64,000 bases of DNA from Paragordius varius (lineage: Eukaryota > Animalia > Nematomorpha). The translations under genes were made by a program, and so were the position numbers. Location of the stretch: positions 12,152,001 to 12,216,000 of the forward strand of contig OZ176054.1 of assembly GCA_964247055.1 (NCBI GenBank), in the 5' to 3' direction. Position 1 is the first letter of the stretch, and the number at the start of each line of letters is the position of its first letter. The notes under the pieces are model-generated. The model searched no databases. It was not told where the DNA came from and saw only the letters and a program-made list of their open reading frames with translations. Shown here in pieces: positions 52,024-63,832 of the stretch.

Positions 52024-53918
52024 TTATTTAAAAAAATAATGCAAAAATTTAAATGTGTACTCTAATGACAAAGTTTTGAGACAAATTTGTTGAATAACGC
52101 CGCAACCAAATGCATCGCCCAATACATTAACACATGTACGAAATCGATCTAATAACCAATCTACAGGCAAAAGAACTGCAATATCATTGACAGGTAATCC
52201 CACGCTATTAAGAACCATTACCATGGTAACAAGACCGGCGCCTGGGATCGCGGCCGCTCCAATACTTGCAAACGTAGCAGTTATACTTAGGGTCAAGAGT
52301 TGACCAAGGCTCAAAACTTTACCTACATATATATATATATATATATTATATTTATTTATTTATTTATTGACAATAAAATTTGGTTAACTTAAAAAAAAAC
52401 ATATGGAAGCATTTAAAAAATGACCATTTATATGTTTATATTGGGTCAAATTAAAATTGAGCATTTAGATAGGAGGCAGATCAATGTGTAAGGCAAATTT
52501 ACGCATTTCAAAAAAATAATTCATATCATGGCTCATTATTTTGTTAATATATGTTTACAATCTTATAATAAGTATTTTCGAACCCAAACTGGGCTAGAAA
52601 GATAAATCTAAACATAATTTGAATATTCGATATCTATTTCGATTAATAAAAATAGCATCACTCAAATTTGTAAAAAATCATCAAAGCATTAACCATTAAG
52701 ATTGGCTATGAAAACGGCTGCGACAGCTTCATACAAAGCCGTACCATCCATGTTTATGGTGGCGCCTATAGGCAACAAGAATCGAGTAATTCGTTTATCA
52801 ATACCATTATTTCGTTCCGTACATTGGATTGTGAAGGGAAGCGTGGCGGAACTTGAAGCAGTCGCCAAAGCTGTCAATAGGGCCTGAGTAAGCCCACGCA
52901 TAAATACAAATGGATTCTTTCGCGTAAACATCCAATAAATTAGGGGTGTGGTCACAAACACATGTATAGCTAGTCCACTAACTACTGCAGAAACGTAGAG
53001 ACCAAGGTTACTGAGTGCCACTTTGAGATTAATGATGGAAAGAACTTTGGCTGTTACAAGGGAAAGAATACCAATGGGTGAATACCACATCATATACTCC
53101 ACAAGTATCATAATGATATCATTGATTATTACAAACGAGGTTATAACGATAGATTTTCCCGGGTCAGCTGATACAGGCTGACGGCATAATATACTACCAA
53201 AAGCCATGGAAAACACTATGATTCCCAGAGTGTTCATTACATCCTCATAAACTACTTTTCTTTTATATGGTAATGATGGAATTTGAGTTATGTTTTTATC
53301 AATATTGGCTTCCTTAATATTTGAATCTGATTTGATGGGTTCATAAACAGTGCGTTGAGATTGAAAAGTAGCTTTAACAATATTTTCTGGGAATAAATTT
53401 CTTACCAAATCCATAATGGCATCTAGTGTGGTTGAAGTGGTTTCTTTCAATAAATTTCCGTTTTTTGTCGAGGATGTATTCACTGAAGATATATTTGTCA
53501 GGTTCTTATTTAAAGCAGCATTTAATAAGGTTTTTTGACTAATGATACCCGGGCGTAAACATTTCACCATAATAATACCAGTTAAAACTGCTATAAAAGT
53601 TGTAACCATATAATAAGTTAATCCCCATTTCCCTATTTTTCCACTAAGTTTTGGATCAAGCTGGGCACAAGCGGTTAGCAAACTAAAAGCTATCAGAGGT
53701 AATATTAGGCATCGCAACATGTTCATAAACAATTCACCGGGAAATTCAATCAGTATTAATACCCATGGTGGAATATATGTTTGTCTTAAAGATGAGCCTA
53801 TGGCTAAACCCAAAAATACAGCAGAAACTGTGCAAATAACTAATAAGTGTTTGCGTAAAAAATTTATGATGTCGGTGAATAGCATTGATTGAATAGTATA
53901 CTTTGTGTAATCATCCAT
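52024..53918 (-). CDS. SLC1A: Excitatory amino acid transporter (SLC1/EAAT, Na+-coupled glutamate/aspartate symporter); exons 53918-52694 and 52322-52024 (a third exon at ~51870-51705 is possible)
   Basis: Motifs [65 protein letters not shown] and [18 protein letters not shown] 371-nt phase-1 intron joins NLNG|KVLSLGQ without a gap. DRFRT and YEA indicate an acidic-amino-acid EAAT rather than ASCT. The paralog cannot be assigned. Confidence 0.93.
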
Positions 53919-55066
53919 TGGTACAGTTTTTTAGGGTGTAAGATAGCTAATAGAATGACTTGCTTCTAAATTGACTACATAATATATAATAATTTATATA
54001 ACCATCATGCATATTATATTCTGCAATAAACCGAAGGGACAATTTTTTTGTTTGTAGTATTGTATTGGAGACAGGGTCCCGACCTAGTATGTGCTAATAA
54101 AATTTTGTGTAAAATTTTTTGCCCGTATATGAGAAATAAGTAAAATTATTTTTCTATTCATGTGGTCTCATAAACTCTCAAAAACATGCCTAGCCACTTA
54201 GCTTTATATGATCCCGGCGGTTATAAAAGCGTTAGACTAAAATTTTACATCATACCAAAAATATTCAAAACCATGATTTAACTATTATAATCTCTAATGT
54301 ATAATAATATATCGCTTCAAAGCCATATAGCTTACTTAGTTAACTCAAAGGTGTTAGTGTAATTTTTCTTTGTGTTGGATATATTTGAAACTTTATTGTC
54401 CGTAAAATGTTTAAAAGCCAAATTCATATGATGGCGTATCTTTCAGAGCGTGGGTTTCCAAATGTTATTTATAAATTGCATTGTGCTAAATTTTTTGCCT
54501 TACTGGAAATACCTTGGAAAGTGAGTGCATATTGCCTTAAAAGTTTTCTATTGCTCTCAATCCGCGTTATTTTTATATGGTGGCGTATTTTAAAGAGGGT
54601 GGGGCTAATCGAAATACCGCTTGACTAATATGTTTGCCAAAATACAAAATGCTATCATGGGTTTAATTGGAACTTAATTACCGATTTATAAATATTTATA
54701 TAAACGCTTAAAATAATTAATATGCATTGAAATCATAAATTTTTACCAATAATAAATATAATGTTTAATTTTAGTCTCTATCAAAAGGAATCAAATCTTG
54801 CTCAGAGAATCGCCCATTGATATATAATTAAGAGGGTTTTATTAACTTTTTTTATATGGATTCATGCTAAATACCTCATAAAGTAATAGTAAACTACCAA
54901 TCATATAATATTATATTATGGATAGTTTAATTTATAATCCTTTAAAAATATAAGATTTTAGGTTATAAATTTAATAATAAATGATCGGATGGCCATATGC
55001 TTATATGAATTTTGGACAAAAAAATGCCTAACAATAATACAATAGGGGTTAGCAAATTTTATTTTG

Positions 55067-56122
55067 CAGGGCTTCAAACCCGTTCAATTAAGTGAAGCCG
55101 GAACCGAGCTAATTCCTAAGAATAAAAATGAAAGCGGGGCTGATCTCCCTAAATTTTGGAACCAAAACGGGGTGTTTACTGAGCAATTGGAACCGAAAAA
55201 GCGTTAGTTATTAAAATCTAGTAGTTCTCCAACCAGTTTATTACATTTGTAACCGATTTTATTTTGGTTCCTAACTTTTCAAACATTTTTAGTTTAATAA
55301 TAGAATAAAATATGTAAAAATATTTTAAATTGAGTATCAAATTATATGAAATGACAAGCTCTTTGTTTTATATTAACAGCATACATTCATATTTAAAATT
55401 GTGTTGTGAGCCGTTATTGCCGGTAATGTAACGCTACATAAAAAATTTCAATATTTTCGCAAATCTGTGGCAAAAAATGGAATTAGAGACCCCAAGGCCT
55501 GTGGGTTGTGGTTTTACCCTGATATAAAGCGTGAATTTTTGTCGTTATGGGGATTTTGGTTATAGACGCTATAGTTTACGGTTTTGTTGAAAGTTAGGGA
55601 TTGTAAAAAGTTTTAAAGGAGATACTTTAAATTTTTAGAACTAAAAAATATAAGAAGGCGCTAACTAGATAAATTTACCCTATTCACCTTTTCAAGTCTG
55701 TGAGCCTCCAATAAAGATTTAATTGTCTTATTAGATTATTTGTTTCTAAATGAGGTAAATTTTTTAATCTATAGATTAAATTAAATGTATATAATAATTG
55801 TCATTAGGTTTAAGTGCTAAAGGAAGATTTGGAAAAAATTGTTAACATGGTAATTCCGTTTTAATCGCATACGAGAAAATAATATTATCGTATGGTCAAT
55901 TTATTTAACAAATTTAATAATTATGATATGATCATTCCATTGTGATGAAAAACTAGAAAAAAATGATATCATACAATAAAATTTAGGCAATATTTTACTT
56001 TAAAAAATAAAAACATGTGAAAACACTTGTTTTGAAGGTGGAAACGGGACCGGCATGGTTCTGATCCAACAAAATCGGTTCCTGCTAAAACCTCAGGTAC
56101 TGGGTTCTGACTCGAAGCCCTG
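55067..56122. mobile_element. hAT-like MITE with GGAACC subterminal motifs
   Basis: Starts CAGGGCTTCAAAC and ends GACTCGAAGCCCTG. No intact TSD. Confidence 0.65.
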
Positions 56123-56403
56123 CTTAAAGATCCTTGGCAATTATATGATTTTTTTATTTAGGGGTGAACCAGAATTCGGCTCCTAGAATTTACATAGGAG
56201 CGGTTGTGATGGGTGGGGAAACCTGGTGCATTACCTTTTTAAGAATACCTTAAGCTTATTTTACAATCGCCAAAAATCAATCCTTTGGGAATTCGAATTA
56301 CTTAATTCACTTACAACCTAAAATACGGTTTCATTATGGGAGTATGTATAGGATGTTTTTGTCGAAACTTTGCAATAATATAAATATAGTATTTCGACTA
56401 GAC

Positions 56404-57421
56404 CAGGGATGCCCAACGGCTGGTTCTGGCTAATTGTGGCTCTTTAAAATAAATTGAAAAAAATTTTTTTTTGCAAAAAGTTTAATTTTTGAGTGGCGGT
56501 GTAAAATTATATAAAATTGATTTGCATAAAAATATTTTTCATTATTTTTCATCACATACATTTAATCATTGTTTCCTTTACAATCTGAAATTCTTTAGAG
56601 ACTTGCCACTGGTAAACCTTTTTAGGTAATTATTTAGTGAAAGAGCCATATATCCTAGTCCCATTTTTAATATGGCAATAACCATATTATTGAAGCGATA
56701 AATTTCCTATTCAAAAAATCTGGAATTAGTAAATGTTTTTTTTATTTATTTAATGAAAGAGCCATATTTCTATAAAATCATTATAAATATAGAAATATCC
56801 ATATTATTGGTGTTATTAATTGCATGTTCGAAAATTTTTGCAATCGGTAAATGTTTTATAATTATTTTTCTAACCACATGGATTATTTAAAAGGAACATC
56901 ATATCTAGGTGAAACAAGCAGTGCATTGTTAATACTGATATTTATTTAGACTTCGGACTTTATTTTAATACAATAATTAAACATTACTCGGTAGCCCATA
57001 CATATATTTTTACTATATTCTTTAATCGAAAAATTGCATGGTAAACACAGTTTAGCAGGAATTTAAGTGGGGTAAATTAAGTCTTCTGTGTAAAAATTCA
57101 TCAATTTCTCGAATATTTGTGATATATTCTATATCTGTGCTTTCGTAAATGGCAGATATATTTTAAAAATAAATTTAATTTCCATGCATTAGATCAAATT
57201 TTTTGTCTTTACACATTGCAAGTTTACAGCAAATTATTTAACAATATTATAGTATATTTACTAGTTATTTTATTATTCATATAAAAATTAACACCTCTAT
57301 ATATGTTTATATAATAAATTTATGTGATACTTATGTCTTGTATAAATTAATTCAAATATGGCTCTTCAGATTTTTGAGGTCGAAAATGTGGCTTTTAAGC
57401 CATTTAAGTTGGATACCCCTG
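56404..57421. mobile_element. Non-autonomous hAT element
   Basis: Starts CAGGGATGCCCAAC and ends GTTGGATACCCCTG. Subterminal GTGGCTCTT-like motifs. Flanks GACTAGAC / GACTATCA are a partial TSD. Confidence 0.7.
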
Positions 57422-58259
57422 GACTATCATTATCAACATAATATTTTTATGACAAACGCTTTCTTTATTACAGTTTTGTAATATTTAGTAAAGTATAAAA
57501 TTTAAATTGTTAAACAATCGTTTTAAAAATTAAAATTTATCAAAAATTAGTGGAAAAATTAATTTTAGCGAAAATTTATAAATTAATTTTTTTGTGTTTT
57601 TTACACGATTTCCCAAAATTTTAAAACGCTCAAAAGGGATGAAATGTTGATTAAGAAATTTATACAATGAATAATAGGCTCGAAAAATTTCCTCTCCAAA
57701 ATTAAAATAATTATAACAGAAGAGTCGAACCACCATATGCATGCTCCGTATAGAAAAGATGGGGGTAGAAATTAAATTAATTCAAAGATTTATTAGAAAC
57801 TGCCTCAATAAAAAACATTAATTTACGATTGATATAAATATTTAGGTTGTTTTGTATAAAAATATTAAATATCTTAAACATCTACTTTTACTCAACTAAA
57901 GATAGAAATATATATCGCAAATTTTTAGATGGATTTCCATTATCTGAGCCAAGAAATATTAATATTAACGGTTTTTTTATTGCTGAAAAAATTAATGGTT
58001 TTAATGTTGATGGTTGTTTCCTTTGCACCAGATGTGATTTTAGCTTAGGGCTATTTACACAAGGCTAAAAAACAAGGTGGAATATAATAGGATAAATTAA
58101 AATACTTCCTTAAATTAATGTAACCAGATATTTTAAACTTGGACGCGGCACAAAATTAAAACATACTTTGCCTGTTTTTACACCATCGTGTGGTATATTA
58201 GACAGTTTCCACAAAATAACCTGATGAATTATATATATATATATATATATATATATTCT

Positions 58260-59520
58260 GATAGCAAAATATCAGGATTATCATGGTGTTTTTGGTTTTA
58301 AGGTTTACAAGTTATTAAAGAAAGTTATTTACACTTTTGTGGTATGTGCTCCGTATAAAATTGCAAGTGCGCAATTTTTTCAAATATATTTTTTGCTGAA
58401 AGCCAAATGCTTTATTTCAAAAAATATCACTAAAATATAACATAAACTACATATAAAAAACAAAAAATATTTTTAATAATTTTGAATTTTTAGATGTGGG
58501 CTCTGAAAGTCCCAAATTTTTTGGCTTTTTTAAAATGGACTGTTCTCTTAAAATAAACGCGAAAATTCCGACATTGTTCAATTTAAATTTATACTAAATT
58601 TTGATATACACACTTTCATAAATTAAATTTTTAACAAAATTTTGTTGAAGCGTACTTCGTATTATTTTGAACTAGATGGAAACGATATAAACGGTTAAGA
58701 AATATGTTAATTTTATAAAATCTAGCCGGACTACTAAGGAGGGGGGGCTATTTTAAATAAGGGACAATAAATGCACATATGTGGATTATTTCGAATATTT
58801 AAATATGATTTTATAAGAATTTTAAAACGGTGCATTCATACTAATATATTGTTTACTTGGGGGAAAAATAGATTTAAAAAATTATTTTTGTGGACTTTGT
58901 TTTTTTGAAAAAAATGGCATTTTACGGGGGGAGCGGGTAAAAAGAGGGCCTAAATCAAAAAAGTGAGTCGACTATGTTCGGCGCAATCAAAAAAAATAAA
59001 CAAAAATCATATTTTGAATGGTTCAACACGTTCTCCAGAAAATTGTCTCAAAGACACGATTTTTGTGAACTTTTGTTTTCAAAAAAACTCGTTTTTTACT
59101 CGGCGTGGGCCTGAACTGGGCCTAATTCAAAAAAAGGGCGAAGCTATTGTCGGGGCATTCATTAATGATTATATTTTTTCGATATTTGGATTTGAATGGG
59201 TTTACCGGTTTTCCGGAAACAGATCACAAAGCCAGCATCATTTTTATAAATATATAGATTCGATAATGCTAATCAATCAAAATTTTGATTAAAATATTCA
59301 TTCGTTTGCAAATTTATGTTAAATAAAAATTGTGTTTTTTTTACAAAAATTCCCCAAAATTTGAAAGCAAACAAACTTTTAAATTAAAATTCTGAACCTA
59401 TAATAATGTTCAACATCTATATCTTAAAGCTACCGTTTCCATCATGCTTCAAAATCGTAAGAAGTACGCTTCATCAAAATATCTCAAATTTGTTTATGCA
59501 AAAAATAAGAAAACTAATAA
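58260..59520. mobile_element. Foldback arms (same family as 6290-11650) flanking Helitron copy E (boundaries approximate)
   Basis: AGATGTGGGCTCTGAAAGTCCCAA at ~58495. TTTTGTTGAAGCGTACTTC..GATGGAAACG (~58640-58685) is inverted at ~59430-59480. Confidence 0.55.
58760..59258 (-). mobile_element. Helitron family copy E (5' part plus alternative extension)
   Basis: On the minus strand it starts A|TCTATATATTTATAAAAATG at 59258. It matches copy B, including the extension TTAGTATGAATGCACCGTTTTAAAATTC. Confidence 0.75.
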
Positions 59521-59769
59521 AAATTAAAGTTTAGGAAAATTAAGTATTATCATACCTCCCACCTAATGAGTATAGAAAAGGTAAAAACTAAATATTTTTA
59601 ACGAAAACCGGTTTGATATATGCCGTATATAATAAATTTTATATAATATGTTTCGAGAATAACAATTTTCTATATAATTTTCCGTTTGATAATTATTACA
59701 AAAAATGAGCTTTCTAAACTTGATCAAACATTTATGAAAATATCATAAATTAATTTTGTTAATTTTAAA

Positions 59770-60155
59770 TTTTGAGGCACCTCTTTTTGCGGAAGCCCTG
59801 AGTGAAAAAGCCATTTGCCTGAATCTTACGGTGTGGAGTCCGAGATAGTTTCGCCACTGCGCGAAAGGCTGCAATCCTAAGTTTTATGTATAATTCAAGC
59901 GGAAAATAAAATATTAACCAATTAAAAATAGGCCAATCTTAGTTATATTACCGCAAAATGAACCATTTTTTTACAAATTATGGGGTTATTTTTATTGAGG
60001 GTACTATATAATTAAGTTTTAAAATAATTTTTTTGAATAAATAAAAGGTAATTAATATAAATTTATAAAAAATTAAATTTTTTTAATTTCAAAAAGCAGT
60101 ACAAAAGTGGGTACTGGCGCATTTTTTTTCTGAAAACTCAGTACTGTACTGCGAA
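59770..60155 (-). repeat. Dispersed repeat, inverted copy of 24045-24410
   Basis: See the 24045-24410 entry. Confidence 0.7.
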
Positions 60156-60930
60156 AAAAAGTCTATCTGGTCACATTACCTTAAATACGTTATCAATAAA
60201 TAATTAGCATTATACAAAGCAGGATTATGCTTAACCTTTCACATATATTTTTACAATCTGGTACATTTAAAAAAACTTTTAATTAGTAGTAATCGAATGT
60301 TCAAAGCTTTTATGGCCCATCAAAATTCAACCATTAGCAAAACAAATAAATGTAATATGTCCAAACAGCGCTTCCGTCTCTCCGGCTATATCCAAATCAC
60401 GAACACACACAAACGTTTGCAAAAATTAAACTTATGTAGTTTTACTACGGAACGATCAAAGTCCGAATATGGCATTACCCTTCCCTAATTAATTGTAAAA
60501 GCATCTAAATCTTTCTCTATTAATTAGGCAGAAAAGGGGCATTTTCCCTATCATTACTGCCTAAACAGGGGGCTCCTTACCGACTTCCTATGCTTTCCAC
60601 ATTTAAGACAGGGGGCATTTCCTTTGATGCTTCTATGGAATATACAAAGTTAAACGTATAAAAACAACAACAAAGAATAAAACAAATAAATAATGCAATT
60701 ATAAAAACCTAAAATAAAGTTAAACCACAAACTATCCCCGACCGGATAGACATTCTTTGCAGTTAGTTTCTAAGGCGGCGCTCACGTCGACGTTGCCCTT
60801 TGGCGTAATAAAACCGTTCCTCTAATTCCAGCAATTTCTTGCTCACATATTTTTGATTACCATTCATCACTACAACAAAATCAGTTGCGGCATAACCAAT
60901 CACTGCACAAAATCATACATGCGCGATGTC

Positions 60931-61430
60931 TTATTTATATTTCCAGTACACTAAGCAGTCATGTTTTGATTCTAAAGTTGTAAACGGCTTTATTTCATCA
61001 TGGCATAATTGATGAAAGGTAATGCTCATAATATTCGTTTTCGAATGGAGCTTACTAGTTACCAACTGATGTTTTCTTGAAAGTCTCCCAAGTGAAGAAC
61101 GAAACGATTTATTAACAAACCTTGTGAGTATGGTGGATAGAGCCACAAATAATAAAGATGTAAAACATATTTTGCAGATATTAGAGCACCCGCTTTTATC
61201 TACCATTCCAAGGTAGCGAAAGATATCTACAACTTCTATCCCACCTCTAATAGTTTTCACTGGTATCAGCTCGGCTTATTATCATAATCTTCGGCTCATC
61301 CTAAGGGTTCGTCCATAATTAACATTCAAAACACCCACAAGTTGACCTTCCATTAGATCGAGCGCTTGTCTCTTCTTTTGAGTCTTTCACAAAGGTCATC
61401 TGTTCAGCAAAGTTCTTGAAGAAGTAAAGG
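60931..61430 (-). mobile_element. Fragment of non-LTR retrotransposon reverse transcriptase (possibly RTE-like)
   Basis: IEVVDIFRYLG resembles the E.V..F.YLG motif of LINE RT, and a decayed TDDL lies upstream. Short and degenerate. Confidence 0.5.
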
Positions 61431-61599
61431 TAGGCCCTATATAACCTGCTAACTATCGAGTCTATTGCCAAATCAATCGATATACCCGTTTTAGCCACCT
61501 TTCTTAATAAGTGTAGCCCAGCCGACTACGAGTTTTAACAAATGAAATAATCAGGTCATAGTATATTATATTAATTTTAAAATGTCACAAATTAATGAA

Positions 61600-61671
61600 G
61601 GCTCGGTGGCCAAGTGGTAAGGCGTTGGTCTCGTAAACCAAAGATCGGGGGTTCAAACCCCCCTCGAGCCT
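61600..61671 (+). tRNA. tRNA-Thr(CGT): tRNA-Thr (anticodon CGT)
   Basis: Acceptor stem GGCTCGG/TCGAGCC, A box TGGCCAAGTGG, anticodon stem TTGGT/ACCAA with loop CTCGTAA (CGT at 61632-61634), T arm GGGGG-TTCAAAC-CCCCC. 72 nt, no intron. Confidence 0.95.
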
Positions 61672-61673
61672 TA

Positions 61674-61679
61674 TTTTTT
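61674..61679 (+). terminator. Pol III terminator (T6) after the tRNA
   Basis: TTTTTT begins 3 nt after the discriminator base. Confidence 0.65.
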
Positions 61680-62309
61680 AGAATTTATACTAAAATTGAG
61701 AAAACTATTTTACACAGAGGTTTTATTGCGAAACAACAAATTTGCATTTATTTTTTGACAAATTTTTACAAAATTGGCCATTTCCATTGTTTAGTCGGCG
61801 GATTTTCCAGTAATTCTTCCCAAGGTTTCCAGTCCAAAAACTTTTTGGCTAAATTTAATTCATTTTCAGCCTGAATTATTAGGATAAAAACCTGTAAAAT
61901 AGCTTCCTCAACCTGATCACCGTTAAATTTTTTTTCCAATTTAATTATATTAGGTTCCTACGATAAAAATAATTTTCAGTGCTACCGATTTAACCATATG
62001 TAATTTTTCTTTGATTATTTGTTCTGTTGATTTTCTATAAAAAGCTTCCGGTGGCATTTGGGACAATACATAAAGTATTTTTTCATAATAATGCGATAAA
62101 GTCTAAATTATAAAGTAAAACTATGGTACAAGATGCGGGGATTTGGCCACCTTTAATCCAGTTAAACCAGTTGTCTATGGGTATCAAAATTTTTTTATTA
62201 ATCATACCAAAATATAATTTAAAGAAAAAAACTTACTCTTTTGACAAATGAACCCATCTCGATTAATTTAATACATAACAATGTGTTATACTGAATGGAT
62301 GAATAAACC

Positions 62310-63832
62310 ATGAGTACCTCAATCCCACCACAACTCAAAAAAATTCAAGTTTTTATAAAATTGGCTGAAGAACATATTAAACGAGATCCTGTTATAGCTT
62401 ATTATTGTAATTTTATTATGATATATATATATCACAGGTAAATTGCATGCCCTCCAAGAAGGTATGAGAATAGATAAAACATCCAAAGAATGTTTAAAAT
62501 ACCTCACAACTCTTATGGATGAATTGGAGACGGTATAATGATAAATATTAATTATAAAGATATATTAATTTTATATTGTTACTTTGCAATAGTTAATATT
62601 GTAATTTTGCATCGGAAAGTTTTTGTTTAAAATTAATTTAAAAAATTTTTTTTCGCTAAAACGCGTTAAATTTTTTTTATTATGGATGCAAAATATACCT
62701 TTATTAACACAATTCTAAATAGTATATAATGTCACTAAATGTTGATTTTAATCTATGAATGAGGCTTGTAAAAAATAAAAAACAATATATTTATCATGCG
62801 ATTAAAATTAATATTAAAACGTCAAAAACTAAATTAAAATGTTAGATTTAATCACATATGCAATAATTGCTATTTAAATAATCAATTTAAAATGGTAACT
62901 GTATTTTGTTTGACTATTCTTAACTTGTGCAATTGATGACTGCTAATTGCGGCATTTACAAGTCGCCAAATCGGTTATTTTTTAATAGGTTGAATACTCA
63001 ACCCTAACCTATTACATTTATGTTCATGGGTAAAACCATCTCAATTAACAAATTTAATATTAGTATGGTCAATACCTCCTTAAAATTTAGAGTTTATATT
63101 TATATCTGAATTACTATAATACATGCATTCAGTTGAAGAAAGAAAATAGAGCTAACGAAGCCTTAACCAATGATATCATAGGGCAATCCTATGTCGAAGC
63201 CTATGCGATTAAACTTTTTTTGTACGCTGATACTGAGGACAGAAATGCCAATTTTAACAAGTTTTTCGATTTTAATTTTGAATTTTATAATATTTATGAT
63301 AAACCATTTATATTGACACTTTGATAGGTTTTATATCTCCATTATAATTAAATAGTTTATACAGTTAGCGGTCCTATTCCATTCATGAAAGTTTTGAATC
63401 CGTTTAAATATAATCAACTACATATCTATAATTTATCAAAAATTAAATTCATGTACCTTTAAACATTGTATTACTGCCCTGTTAAAGTATCGATTAACGT
63501 CAAAAAAATTGCTTAGATTTAGTGGATTATGCCCTTAAATAGTCATGCTTCATATATATATAATTTTATACAAATTATTTTATAGAAACGTTTTGAAAGC
63601 ATTTTTCACAGCCGGCATTTTGTTTGACACCCTTACTTTGTTTGGTCCTTTGCCAGAAGAAGTAGTTTCTTTTAAATTATTGTTTAATTGTTATGTTAAA
63701 ATTTGGATAAATATAATTGTTTACGTAACTTAACTTAGTTATTGGAAAAACGTAAATATGCCAAATGGAAATCCGCTTATCTGAATGAATGTTTTAAAAC
63801 TGGCGCTGAACCGAAACCTGGTCCTCCTGATG
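62310..63832 (+). CDS. VTA1: Vacuolar protein sorting-associated protein VTA1 (ESCRT/Vps4 cofactor), 5' part; exons 62310-62406, 62438-62532, 63133-63260, 63586-63661, 63739-~63832
   Basis: The spliced peptide MSTSIPPQLKKIQVFIKLAEEHIKRDPVIAYYCKLHALQEGMRIDKTSKECLKYLTTLMDELETLKKE..YAIKLFLYADTEDR..KAFFTAGILFDTLTLFG..KRKYAKWKSAYL..G..P.PGP matches my recollection of the VTA1 N-terminal MIT domains without gaps at the junctions. The C-terminal VSL region is probably beyond the window. Confidence 0.93.
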
